A DNA stretch of 64,000 nt, from the NCBI GenBank assembly GCA_964655655.1, contig CAZZPR010000002.1:3927-67926 (forward strand). The letters are read 5' to 3'. Within the stretch, counting starts at the first letter, position 1. Each line of letters begins with the position of its first letter. This document shows positions 39,972-50,970 of the stretch, in pieces. This DNA comes from an uncultured Desulfobacteraceae bacterium (lineage in GTDB: Bacteria; Desulfobacterota; DSM-4660; Desulfatiglandales; B25-G16). The position numbers and the translations under genes were made by a program. Under the pieces are notes generated by a model that worked only from the letters and a program-made list of their open reading frames with translations, ran no database searches and was not told the origin of the DNA.

Positions 39972-41141
39972 TTATTTCCCTTTCCCATGATCAATTTTAA
40001 ACCATTTTTTGGGATCGAGCTGATTGCCTCCCTTCCGTATCTCCAGATATACCCACGGTTCTTCGTTCAAGCCGGTGTTTCCGACAGTGCCCACTCTCTC
40101 TCCCTGATAAACCGCGTCTCCCTTTTCCTTGAATCTTTCATCCAGATGGGCGAACACTGTAAAATAATGAGATCCATGGTTTATGATCATCAGCTGTCCG
40201 TATCCCTTGAACCAACCGGAATAGTCCACCCTGCCGGAATAAACGGACCTAACCTCATCCCCCGGAGAGCCCTTCAGGAACAGTCCCTTTCTATGAATGA
40301 ACAGGCTGGAACCGGATTTTTCAAGGTCGGTTACCGGTTCCCCATTCAGGGGTAAGGGCAATTCCCCCTTCATGCGATCGAATCCACCAGGCAAAACCCC
40401 GCCTTTTCCAGCCTCCTTCAAGCCCATCATGGTATTATTGAGATCCCTGGCAGCATCCTTTAACTCTTCGATAGCCTTTTCGTGGAAGACCTTTTCCCGG
40501 TGCACCTTCATAAGAAGGACTATTTTCCTTTCCAGGGACTTCTCCAAAAGGTTTACCTTATTGTCTTTTTCCCTTTTTAAGGATTCCAGTTTTTCCATAT
40601 TTTTTTCAAGATCAATTAATCCATTCTTAACATTTTGCCTTTGCATGGACAGGGTGTTCATAATATCTTTGTCCTGATCCATAATGGATTTCATGTATTT
40701 TAACATCTTCTGAAAGTCCTGAATTGTTTTAGAGCCGGCAATCAGCATAAAATATCCGGCCTTCCCGAACTTATAAAATGAGGTTAGCCTTTTCTCCAAA
40801 CGTTTTTGGGTATCTTGATAGGAGTTCTTCAGCAGTTGAACCTCTCGATGGCTTTTTCGAATCCCGGAGGAAAGCTCCTTTATCCTTTCGGATAAACCGC
40901 CCAACTCCCGTTTGTCTTCCGATATTCTCTTTTCCAGTCGCTCTATCTCTGCCAGAATATCCTGTTGCTTAATATTTACGTTTAGCAATTCCTTTTGCTT
41001 CTCCAAAAGGCGCTTTTCAATCTGCTTTATACGGGATTCCGTAATCTGGAATGGAGATTTCTCTGCCGCGTCCAGGGAGTTAACCGGGTAAACAGCGAAA
41101 CAAACCAAGAATATTTTAACGATACTTGCTGCTGACTTCAT
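39972..41141 (-). CDS. envC: Murein hydrolase activator EnvC (coiled coil + M23)
   Basis: Long coiled coil, degenerate LytM domain, downstream of ftsEX. Confidence 0.88.
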   Translation of the reverse strand: MKSAASIVKIFLVCFAVYPVNSLDAAEKSPFQITESRIKQIEKRLLEKQKELLNVNIKQQDILAEIERLEKRISEDKRELGGLSERIKELSSGIRKSHREVQLLKNSYQDTQKRLEKRLTSFYKFGKAGYFMLIAGSKTIQDFQKMLKYMKSIMDQDKDIMNTLSMQRQNVKNGLIDLEKNMEKLESLKREKDNKVNLLEKSLERKIVLLMKVHREKVFHEKAIEELKDAARDLNNTMMGLKEAGKGGVLPGGFDRMKGELPLPLNGEPVTDLEKSGSSLFIHRKGLFLKGSPGDEVRSVYSGRVDYSGWFKGYGQLMIINHGSHYFTVFAHLDERFKEKGDAVYQGERVGTVGNTGLNEEPWVYLEIRKGGNQLDPKKWFKIDHGKGK

Positions 41142-41144
41142 TGA

Positions 41145-42026
41145 TTAAGACAACCTGCGCAAAGAAACAGAACTCCCCACTACTCCCACTATGATGCTAA
41201 CAGCCAATAAATACAAGGCGAATCGAGGGGGAATAAAAATAATATCAAGCGAAACAAAGCCTATGCTGATGTCTATCATCTTTGCAAATATAAAATAAAT
41301 ACAGAATAATATTATAAGGGCAAAAGCGCCTCCCAGGAATCCTTGAATACACCCTTCTAACAGAAAAGGAATTCGTATAAAGCGATTGGTAGCCCCTACC
41401 AGTTTAAGTATGGCTATCTCATCCCTTCTGGAATAGATCGTCAATTTAATTGTATTTGCAATAATAAAAAGGGCTGCCAGTAAAATAAGGCCCCCGAAAA
41501 CTATGCCTGTAATCTTAATTGCCTCTAACAGGGAAAAAAACCTGTCAATCCATTCCTGGCTGTATTGCACCTCTTCTATGATTTCAAGTTTCTCGAGACC
41601 GGTCTTCAGCTTAAGGGGTGTCGATTCCCTCGGCTTTTTTTCAGAAAAGGTTATCTCCAGGGAAGCGGGCAAAGGATTATTTTCTATGCCCTCAAGCAAT
41701 TCAGCCTTGCTCCCCAGCCTGCCTTTCAGGTCTTTAAGGGCCTGGGACTTGGATACATATCTTTCAACCGCCACCCCTGGAAAATCCCTGATTTCTCTCT
41801 TTACCTTACCCAACTCCGACTGATCGGGTTCTCGTACAAAATATACGGACATATTCAGGGAGCTGCCCCACTGCTCCGCCCAATGATTGAGATTAAAAAA
41901 CACAAGAACAAATGCAAAAAAGATAAGGAAAGCAATGACCATTGTGGCCACTCCGATGAAGTGGGCCAGCCGGTTTCCCCGAATATTCGCCATGGATTGT
42001 TTAATGAAATAACGAAAAAATGCCAT
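41145..42026 (-). CDS. ftsX: Cell division permease FtsX
   Basis: NPLPAS, NTIKLTIYSRRDEI, LVGAT, PFLLEG. Confidence 0.95.
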   Translation of the reverse strand: MAFFRYFIKQSMANIRGNRLAHFIGVATMVIAFLIFFAFVLVFFNLNHWAEQWGSSLNMSVYFVREPDQSELGKVKREIRDFPGVAVERYVSKSQALKDLKGRLGSKAELLEGIENNPLPASLEITFSEKKPRESTPLKLKTGLEKLEIIEEVQYSQEWIDRFFSLLEAIKITGIVFGGLILLAALFIIANTIKLTIYSRRDEIAILKLVGATNRFIRIPFLLEGCIQGFLGGAFALIILFCIYFIFAKMIDISIGFVSLDIIFIPPRFALYLLAVSIIVGVVGSSVSLRRLS

Positions 42027-42031
42027 AGCCC

Positions 42032-42682
42032 CTAAACAATCCTTCCACTTTTCAGGGTTATTATTCTTCTCTTTGTATTCCTTAATAATTCTTGGCTGTG
42101 GGTAGCGACAATTACTGTTGCTCCCCTGGAATGCACCTCTCTTAAAAGTGCCATTATTTCCATAGTCATCTCCGGGTCCAAGTTCCCGGTGGGTTCATCC
42201 GCCAAGAGAATCAAGGGGCTGTTTATTATCGCCCTGGCAATGGCCACTCTCTGTTGTTCCCCTCCGGAAAGTTGGGGGGGGTAGTAGGCCTCTTTTTTCT
42301 CCAGGCCGAGATACCTTAGCGTTTGATGAACCTTTTTTCGAATCTTGTGGGGTGAAACCCCCATTATCTCCAGTGACAGGGCTACGTTGTCAAAAACAGT
42401 ACGTGTAAGGATAAGCCTGAAATCTTGAAAAACTACCCCTATTCTGCGCCTCAACATGGAAAGCTCTTTATCCTTTATCCTGTTGAGGTTTCTGCCGTTT
42501 ACCAGGCAATTTCCGCTGGTGGGCCTTTCCTCGCAAAATATTATCTTTAACAGGGTAGTCTTACCTGCCCCGCTGGGCCCTGTGATGAATATGAATTCTC
42601 CTTTTTCTACCATGAGATTGATATCTGCAAGGGCCGGGTTTTCGGAGCCAAAACTTTTATAAACATGAAAAAGTCTTATCAT
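42032..42682 (-). CDS. ftsE: Cell division ATPase FtsE
   Basis: GPSGAGKT, VFQDFRL, LSGGEQQR, ADEPTGNLD. Confidence 0.96.
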   Translation of the reverse strand: MIRLFHVYKSFGSENPALADINLMVEKGEFIFITGPSGAGKTTLLKIIFCEERPTSGNCLVNGRNLNRIKDKELSMLRRRIGVVFQDFRLILTRTVFDNVALSLEIMGVSPHKIRKKVHQTLRYLGLEKKEAYYPPQLSGGEQQRVAIARAIINSPLILLADEPTGNLDPEMTMEIMALLREVHSRGATVIVATHSQELLRNTKRRIITLKSGRIV

Positions 42683-42888
42683 TGGCCAGCCTTTTTACGC
42701 TGTGACCTCCATGGCCGGGAGAAGGTTGTATAGCATAAAGAGGTTAACATATATAAGATGAATATAAAGTAAGATTTTCGACCTGCAGGAACGTTGGAAG
42801 GTTTGATTATTGGGTTAGGCTTATTAATCATGCTAAGAAAATATAATTTTCACAGGAAAGACAGTTAATACATTTAACAGTTCAATGG

Positions 42889-44451
42889 TTATTTGGCATA
42901 TTCGATCGCCCTTTTTTCCCTTATAACAGTAACTTTTATATTACCGGGATAAGTGATATTCTTTTCTATCTCTTTTGCCACCTCCTTACATATCATGGCC
43001 GCCTCGGAATCATCAACACGGTCGCTCTCAACAACTATTCTAAGCTCCCTTCCGGCTTGTATTGCATAGGATTTGCTGACACCGTTAAAGGACATGGCAA
43101 TTTTTTCCATATCCTCCAATCGTTTTACATAAGATTCAAACATTTCTCTCCTTGCTCCAGGCCTTGCGCCGGATAAAGCATCAGCGGCCTGAAGGAGTAT
43201 ATCCATCACAGAGTCGGCCTTTACCTCCTCATGGTGAGCGGCTATGGCGTTTACTACACATTCCGACTCTCCATATTTTTTGGCCAGGTCGGCACCGATG
43301 AGTGCATGAGACCCTTCGACTTCATGATCCACGGCCTTTCCTATATCGTGGAGAAGTCCGATCCTTTTGGCCAAGGAACCGTCCAGAACCAGTTCGGATG
43401 CCATTATGCTGCACAGAAATGCAACCTCAATGGAATGCTGAAGAACATTTTGTGCATAACTGGACCTATATTTCAACCGACCGATCAATTTGATAAGTTC
43501 AGGGTGTATACCATGTACACCTACATCAAATGTAGCCTGCTCCCCTGCCTCCTTTATCTCAGTCTCAACTTCTTTTTGGACTCTTTCCACCACCTCTTCG
43601 ATTCTGGCAGGATGTATTCTTCCATCTTCTATCAGCCTCTCAAGCGATATCCTGGCAATTTGCCTTTTTACCGGGTTGAAACCGGATAATACCACAGCTC
43701 CCGGGGTATCATCAATTATCAAATCTATCCCTGTTGCAGCCTCCAGGGCCCTGATATTTCTGCCCTCTCTTCCAATAATCCGTCCCTTCATCTCGTCGCC
43801 GGGCAGATTAACCACAGAGACACCTTCTTCCGCCACAAAATCCCCGGCATATCTTTTAATGGCCAGAGCCAAAATTCCTTGTGCCTTCCTGTTGGATATT
43901 TCCCTTGTTTCCGCCTCTATCTTTTTGATAAGTTTTGATGCATCATGCCTGGCTTCAGCCTCCATTGAGGAAATAAGCATTTCCTTTGCCTCGGCTGCGG
44001 ATACCCCGGCAATTCTTTCTAATTTTTGCCTTTCCTTATTTATAATATCATTTATTTCCTCTTCTTTTTTCTTTAATTCCGCATCCCTGTTTGTCAGTCG
44101 GTTTTCCCTTTTTGCGGCAACAGCATCCCTTTGCTCAAGTTGTTCAGTTTTTTTGTCCAGGATTTCCTCTTTATGGATTAATCTTTTCTCCTGGGCCTGG
44201 AGCTCACTTTTTCTTGACTTGGTCTCCTCCTCAAAATCAAGCTTCATCTGATAAAGCCTGTCTTTTGCCTGTAATTGGGCCTCTTTTCTTATTGTTTCCG
44301 CCTGTTTACTGGCTTCAAGCATCACCTTCCTGGAGTATTCTTCCGCGGAAGCAATCTTGTTCCTGGTAATCCTTCTGTAGACCAGGATTCCTATTGCAAG
44401 CCCTGCCCCAAGGGCCAGTAAAAGACCAATTGCAAATTTAGCTAATAACAT
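42889..44451 (-). CDS. rny: Ribonuclease Y
   Basis: N-terminal TM, coiled coil, [19 protein letters not shown]; start 44451 or 44463. Confidence 0.97.
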   Translation of the reverse strand: MLLAKFAIGLLLALGAGLAIGILVYRRITRNKIASAEEYSRKVMLEASKQAETIRKEAQLQAKDRLYQMKLDFEEETKSRKSELQAQEKRLIHKEEILDKKTEQLEQRDAVAAKRENRLTNRDAELKKKEEEINDIINKERQKLERIAGVSAAEAKEMLISSMEAEARHDASKLIKKIEAETREISNRKAQGILALAIKRYAGDFVAEEGVSVVNLPGDEMKGRIIGREGRNIRALEAATGIDLIIDDTPGAVVLSGFNPVKRQIARISLERLIEDGRIHPARIEEVVERVQKEVETEIKEAGEQATFDVGVHGIHPELIKLIGRLKYRSSYAQNVLQHSIEVAFLCSIMASELVLDGSLAKRIGLLHDIGKAVDHEVEGSHALIGADLAKKYGESECVVNAIAAHHEEVKADSVMDILLQAADALSGARPGARREMFESYVKRLEDMEKIAMSFNGVSKSYAIQAGRELRIVVESDRVDDSEAAMICKEVAKEIEKNITYPGNIKVTVIREKRAIEYAK

Positions 44452-44710
44452 ATTCGAATTCACCGCCTTTTATAATTATAAAGGAAGAAGGAGGGTTTAA
44501 AAAGGATTTTGACGGAATTGTAGGGCCAAAGGACAAAAACATCGTCAGGAAAACTATACTACAGGGCTGTGCTCTCGAGACATTTACAATGGGTGTGTGA
44601 TTTAAACCTATTAAAACGCATATTAAGGTTTGCAATATATTCATTCTGGACGATTTTGAAACAACATAGCAACTTTTCCCTAATTTTTGCCTTATCCATT
44701 ATCCCAATCT

Positions 44711-44856
44711 TTCCCTATTCATGCCGCATACCGGTAAATGAAAATCAACCCTCTATGTTGTTCAACCCAGATCCAGAAAGATGTAAAATTTTAATGGCTA
44801 AAAATTTCTCTTTTTTCAAGACCAAGCATAACATCTCAATTAAGCATGACAGGGAA
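44711..44856 (-). ncRNA. ssrS: Candidate 6S RNA (short/divergent)
   Basis: Sits between zapA and rny; ends pair (TTCCCTGTCATGC with GCATGAATAGGGAA); A-rich interior. Confidence 0.55.
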
Positions 44857-44861
44857 TTGAT

Positions 44862-45143
44862 TCAAATTATTACTGAGTCCAGCTCGTTTATTAAGACGCT
44901 AGACCTCTTATTTATTTTACTTACCAATTCCTCCTTTTCCTTTTTTAACTGAAAATAATCTCCCGCTATATCCAGGGCGGCCAAGATTGCCACCCTTTCA
45001 TCTGATAAAGAACTTTTAAGGTCATTTATCTCTTGTAGTTTTTTGTCCACATATTTAGCCACCCTGAGAGCTTGCTCGCTTTCATCATGGCTCTTTATGA
45101 GGTATTCTTTTTCCCTTATTTTGATTTTAATGGTCTCAGCTAT
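44862..45143 (-). CDS. zapA: Cell division protein ZapA (probable ATA start)
   Basis: Frame extends upstream of GTG 45062 as AETIKIKIREKEYLIKS; VAKYVD, AILAALDIA; GGAG 7 nt before ATA. Confidence 0.85.
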   Translation of the reverse strand: MAETIKIKIREKEYLIKSHDESEQALRVAKYVDKKLQEINDLKSSLSDERVAILAALDIAGDYFQLKKEKEELVSKINKRSSVLINELDSVII

Positions 45144-45161
45144 TCTCTTGCTCCTATATCT

Positions 45162-45389
45162 TTATACCTCTACGCTTTCCAGTTTTTCCAAAATGGCCTT
45201 AACCCTTTGACTGGCCTTTTCTTTGTCGTGACTGAGATTTTCCGCCTCTCTTTGAAGTTCCTGGATTCTTTTTTCCTGATCCCTGAGCCTTTCAGCCAGA
45301 TTGTCCCTTTCCTCTTTTAAAGAGGTTAGGGCAGATATAAACGATTCAATTTTTTGCTCCAAGAGATCGAACTGATCGGTGTCATTCAT
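45162..45389 (-). CDS. zapB: ZapB-like coiled-coil protein
   Basis: FDLLEQKI...LEKLE coiled coil directly upstream of zapA. Confidence 0.75.
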   Translation of the reverse strand: MNDTDQFDLLEQKIESFISALTSLKEERDNLAERLRDQEKRIQELQREAENLSHDKEKASQRVKAILEKLESVEV

Positions 45390-45412
45390 TTTCACCACCC
45401 TTTATTTAACTT

Positions 45413-45440
45413 ATTATATCCTTTGCCCCTTGCGAGTCAA
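45413..45440 (-). promoter_or_regulatory. Sigma70 promoter of zapB-zapA
   Basis: TTGACT-N16-TATAAT on the minus strand. Confidence 0.65.
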
Positions 45441-45500
45441 GGAACCTGCTGAGCAGAGACAAATCCCGTTTGTTTTGGGGAGCAGCATGGACATGGCTTC

Positions 45501-46088
45501 CTATACCTTTTGGTGAATCTGTGATACGAAATTATTCAGCAACACCTGATTTTCTTCCGGGGTCATCCTTTCTTTAATTCTTTCTTCCGCCAGTGAAACT
45601 GCAAAATCCACCATCTCTGCATGAAGGTACTGTCTAGCGTTTACTCTTTCCTGTTCAGACATGAGTTTGGCTTCCTCTATCATTTGGTCAGCCCTTTGTT
45701 TGGCCTGGCTGATATACCTGTCTTTTTCTTTTTCGCCAATCTCCAGGAGCCTTTCCCTTATTTCTTGAAGATGGGGACCTATAGAATCAAGTTTCTGTTT
45801 TGCATCCTCCATTTTTGACTTTGCATCTTTATGCTTGGTTTCCACCGCCTGGAGCTCATCCTGTATGGAGTTGCTGTAACTATGCAAGAAATTCATCAGT
45901 GGTTTTCTGCCGTACTTTACAGCCACAAAGGCAATAACCCCAAAGTTGAACAGGCGCATTATCAAATCCCAGATATCCCGCGCGTCTACAGACTCCTCAA
46001 CTGCCATTACATCTGGACACAGGATCAGCAGATAGGATCCCGCCAAAATCACCGGCATCAAAAGGTATTTACCTCTGCCTGATATCAA
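45501..46088 (-). CDS. atpF: ATP synthase subunit b
   Basis: N-terminal leader, RLFNF TM segment, coiled coil, AVSLAEE. Confidence 0.88.
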   Translation of the reverse strand: MISGRGKYLLMPVILAGSYLLILCPDVMAVEESVDARDIWDLIMRLFNFGVIAFVAVKYGRKPLMNFLHSYSNSIQDELQAVETKHKDAKSKMEDAKQKLDSIGPHLQEIRERLLEIGEKEKDRYISQAKQRADQMIEEAKLMSEQERVNARQYLHAEMVDFAVSLAEERIKERMTPEENQVLLNNFVSQIHQKV

Positions 46089-46522
46089 CCCTGCTTTCCC
46101 CCTCGTATAAATTTGTTGGTTATCTCCTGGGCCAACGACTCGGCATCTCTGTTAATACTAAAATAATTCCGGGCCTCCTCCATTTCTTTTTCTATATCGG
46201 CCCTGCCTTTTTTCTTAAGCCCTGTTATTTCCTCCTTGGCAGAACCGAATATTTCCCTGGCCCTTTGGTTACCCGCTTGATTCATTACTGCTCTCTTCCC
46301 ATGGGCCTCTCTTTTTGCCCGGTCTTCCCGCTCCTCGTAGTCCCTTAAATAGTCTTCTGTCTTTTGTTCCATCTCCTCGATCTTTTTTTTGGTGCCCTCG
46401 ATCTTGTCCGACCTTTCCCTTATTGTTTTTAAGACAGGACGGAAAAGAATTCGATTCAGGATAAAAAGCAGCACCAAAAAATTTATGACCTGCAAGACCA
46501 ATGTAGCGTTTATGCTTATCAT
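46085..46522 (-). CDS. atpF: ATP synthase subunit b'
   Basis: INATLVLQVINFLVLLFILNRILFRP. Confidence 0.9.
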   Translation of the reverse strand: MISINATLVLQVINFLVLLFILNRILFRPVLKTIRERSDKIEGTKKKIEEMEQKTEDYLRDYEEREDRAKREAHGKRAVMNQAGNQRAREIFGSAKEEITGLKKKGRADIEKEMEEARNYFSINRDAESLAQEITNKFIRGGKQG

Positions 46523-46540
46523 CTTTTCATCCTGACTGAG

Positions 46541-46789
46541 TTAAACCACAAATATAAGCAAAAGCGCTATTACCAGTGAATATATCCCTGTGGACTCAGA
46601 TACCGCTTGGCCTATAAGCATGGTCCTTGTCAGAAGATTTGCCTCCTCGGGCTTATTCCCAATGGCCTCACATGCCTTTCCGCCGACAAAGCCTTCGCCT
46701 ACTCCGGGACCGATTGCCCCCAGACCCATCGCCAGCCCAGCACCCAGAAGAGATGCCGCCCTTATTATTTCTGCTCCTTCTATTGCCAT
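46541..46789 (-). CDS. atpE: ATP synthase subunit c (single hairpin, Na+-binding signature)
   Basis: P28, E32, E65-S66-T67, Y70; AGGAGG RBS before ATG 46789. Confidence 0.96.
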   Translation of the reverse strand: MAIEGAEIIRAASLLGAGLAMGLGAIGPGVGEGFVGGKACEAIGNKPEEANLLTRTMLIGQAVSESTGIYSLVIALLLIFVV

Positions 46790-46814
46790 TCTAACCTCCT
46801 GATTGTCTAGATTG

Positions 46815-47789
46815 TTAAACAACGAATATTAAAACCAGGGCCACCACAAGTGAGTATATGGCCGTAGATTGTGCTACTGCCTGTGCAATAAGCATAGTCC
46901 TGGTGATTACCCCTACCTCATCTATATTACGGGCAACCCAGGAAACAGCATCCTTGGCGGTCAATCCATTTCCTATTCCCGGGCCTATTCCTCCCAGACC
47001 CATGCATATACCGGCACTTAAAAGGGAAATAGGTATAATAATGCCTTCCGCCTCCGGAAAAGCCCCAAAAAGCAACACAAAGCTCACCAAAAGTCCGAAA
47101 ATAGCAGGAGTTTGTGCCACCGCCTGCCCCAACAACATGGTAATGGTAGCGGATCTGCCTGCCTCGGGCTGCCTGGCTATTCCCTCGCAGGAAGCTCCAC
47201 CTGCCATTCCTCCTCCTATACCCGACCCAATAGCAGAAAGGCCGGTAGACAGGCCCGCTCCCAATAGAGCCGCCCAATAGGGAGAAAAAGGCAAACCCTT
47301 CGGACTCATAAATATCAGTATAAAGGACACCACGAGCGCAAAGATCGCCGGTGTCTGACAAACCGCGGCACCTATGAGCATATCCGTAGTAAGCCGGGAA
47401 GTTACCATCGGCTGGCGGGCCATACCATCACATGCATGTCCAGAGGGAAAACCCGAACCCAATCCGGATCCCAGGGCACCAAATCCCATACAAGCCCCCG
47501 CTCCTATTAATGCATAGGGCACCAGCCTGACTTCCGTTTCAAAGCCCAAGAAGAGCAGCAATATGGCAACTACCAGGGCAAATATAGCGGAGGTCTCTGT
47601 CATGGCCTGACCTATCAGCATATTTTTGAATATGTCCCCTGATCTATCAGGGCGCTTGCTAAGTGCCCGATCCGCCAAGCCTCCAGTATAACCCATACCA
47701 AGGGCGGCTCCGATTGCCCCGAAACCTATGGAGATACCTGCTCCAAAATATGAAGCCGCATTTACAAATGCGTTCAACTCAAAATCCAT
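46815..47789 (-). CDS. atpE: Four-hairpin fused ATP synthase c subunit (8 TM helices)
   Basis: Four ~81-aa c repeats; carboxylate position is E65, Q145, Q226, Q307. Confidence 0.92.
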   Translation of the reverse strand: MDFELNAFVNAASYFGAGISIGFGAIGAALGMGYTGGLADRALSKRPDRSGDIFKNMLIGQAMTETSAIFALVVAILLLFLGFETEVRLVPYALIGAGACMGFGALGSGLGSGFPSGHACDGMARQPMVTSRLTTDMLIGAAVCQTPAIFALVVSFILIFMSPKGLPFSPYWAALLGAGLSTGLSAIGSGIGGGMAGGASCEGIARQPEAGRSATITMLLGQAVAQTPAIFGLLVSFVLLFGAFPEAEGIIIPISLLSAGICMGLGGIGPGIGNGLTAKDAVSWVARNIDEVGVITRTMLIAQAVAQSTAIYSLVVALVLIFVV

Positions 47790-47791
47790 AT

Positions 47792-48466
47792 CTACTTTAC
47801 CTGCACAGATATATAAACAAGGGTCAACATGGTAAACACGAATGCCTGTATTAAACCAATAAACATTCCGAAAAATACATATAAAAAGGGTGGTATAATG
47901 AGGCTATACAAAAGCCTGGAAACCACAAGTATAATAATGGCCCCGCCCATAATATTTCCATACAGACGAAAGGATATGGATATCACTTTTGCAAGCTCTC
48001 CTATTACGTTTAAAGGGGCCATGAAGAATATGGGCTCAAAGTAGCCCTTAATGTAATTTTTGAGTCCTTTTGCCTTGATCCCTGCATAATGGGCGATAAA
48101 AAACCCCATGATCCCCAAACCCAGGGGAGTGTTTAAATCCTTGGTGGGCTCCGAAAGCCAGGGAATTACACCCAGCATATTGCACAGCACAAGAAACATA
48201 AAAAGTGTACATATGAGAGGGTAATACCTGGGGGCCATATCCTCGTCCAGGGCATCCCTGGTCAGATTGTAGAATGCATTGACAAATAACTCCGCAAATA
48301 CCTGAAGGGGGTTGGGAACAAGGGAGATATTTTTAGTGGCGCCCAAGGCAAAGACAATAAGCACAGCCATAACTATCCAGGCCATAATAAGGGTTTCCGA
48401 ATTGAACACAAGGGTGGTTCCGAAAACCTCCAAAGTCCAGTGTGGAATATAACTCAATTCTTCCAT
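47792..48466 (-). CDS. atpB: ATP synthase subunit a
   Basis: PTKDLN, SISFRLYGN with essential Arg, IQAFVFTML. Confidence 0.97.
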   Translation of the reverse strand: MEELSYIPHWTLEVFGTTLVFNSETLIMAWIVMAVLIVFALGATKNISLVPNPLQVFAELFVNAFYNLTRDALDEDMAPRYYPLICTLFMFLVLCNMLGVIPWLSEPTKDLNTPLGLGIMGFFIAHYAGIKAKGLKNYIKGYFEPIFFMAPLNVIGELAKVISISFRLYGNIMGGAIIILVVSRLLYSLIIPPFLYVFFGMFIGLIQAFVFTMLTLVYISVQVK

Positions 48467-48482
48467 GGATTTTCTTCTTTTT

Positions 48483-48866
48483 TCAGCCTCTTTGAGGTAA
48501 TCTAATCTTACTCACTACCAGGTTGTCCAGCAGGATGGAAATCTGGATCGCAAAAATACCCACCATGACAGCCGCAAAATTTATATTTCCTGATTTCAGA
48601 GAAATCACCAGGGGAATGGCCAGAATAAAATACCTGCCGATCAAGGTTCCCATATTCAATATAATCCTTGCCCTTTTTCCCTTTCCAATCTGAAGGGGCA
48701 ATAATTCTGCCATAATGAAAAAATTAAGGACACTGAACAAGGCCCCTAACGCAAGACCTTTTGCTGCTTCCTCCAACCCCAGGCCAAGGCATACGGAAGA
48801 GACGGCAAAAAACAACAATAATGCAAACAGAGAATACCTTTTACGAATTTCAGGGATTCGTCTCAT
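48483..48866 (-). CDS. atpI: ATP synthase protein I
   Basis: Four TM helices, GALFSVLNF, upstream of atpB. Confidence 0.8.
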   Translation of the reverse strand: MRRIPEIRKRYSLFALLLFFAVSSVCLGLGLEEAAKGLALGALFSVLNFFIMAELLPLQIGKGKRARIILNMGTLIGRYFILAIPLVISLKSGNINFAAVMVGIFAIQISILLDNLVVSKIRLPQRG

Positions 48867-49099
48867 TTCCCCTTGTCCTCTGACTTAATAGTCTCCATTA
48901 CCTGGCGATATACCGTAACTGCCCCTCCTGCCACACCCAGTATAATAAATATCGTTAAAAAGAGGCCCTTTGTATGGAGCCATTTATCCAAAAAATAGCC
49001 GATGGCAAGGCATAACAAAATGGCGCCCACCATAGTCAACCCCAGCTGGGTAACCAGGACCAAATACCTTGACCATCCATAATCTTTTTTTAAACCCAA
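48863..49099 (-). CDS. atpZ: AtpZ/gene-1 family protein
   Basis: IGYFLDKWLHT between two TM helices. Confidence 0.85.
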   Translation of the reverse strand: MGLKKDYGWSRYLVLVTQLGLTMVGAILLCLAIGYFLDKWLHTKGLFLTIFIILGVAGGAVTVYRQVMETIKSEDKGK

Positions 49100-49120
49100 A
49101 GCCCAAATTATCCGAGAAAC

Positions 49121-49534
49121 TTATTTTTTCTCAGCCACTTTTAAACGGGCCATGGCCTTTTTCAAGGCCGCCTCCGCCCTAGCAAAATCTATGTCTTCAG
49201 CCTTGGTATCTTCAAGTCTATTCCTGGCCCTTTCCATGGCGGATCTGGCACGCTCGATTTGAATTTCTTCCTTCTTTTCCGCTGCCTCTACCAATACAGA
49301 GACACGATCCTCTAACACCTCAGCGAACCCGAAAGTAACGGCCACCCTCTTTATATGGGAGTTATCCTTGTATCTGAGTTCCCCCGGGTGCAAGGAAGAC
49401 AATAGTGGCATATGCCCGGGAAGCACCCCGAATTCGCCCAGTTTACCCGGCAAAATAACGGTTTCAACCTCCTCCTCTTTAACTAACACCTTGGAGGGCG
49501 TTATAATATCCAACAGGATTTTCTGGTCCATCAA
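49121..49534 (-). CDS. atpC: ATP synthase epsilon
   Basis: IITP, GEFGVLPGH, GFAEV, C-terminal helix hairpin. Confidence 0.96.
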   Translation of the reverse strand: MMDQKILLDIITPSKVLVKEEEVETVILPGKLGEFGVLPGHMPLLSSLHPGELRYKDNSHIKRVAVTFGFAEVLEDRVSVLVEAAEKKEEIQIERARSAMERARNRLEDTKAEDIDFARAEAALKKAMARLKVAEKK

Positions 49535-49545
49535 GACTCCAAAAA

Positions 49546-50970
<1,425 letters not shown>

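Noticed and set aside
46815-47789. Assembly artefact producing a repeated atpE
   Set aside because: The four repeats are strongly diverged from each other and from the small atpE, and they have distinct linkers.
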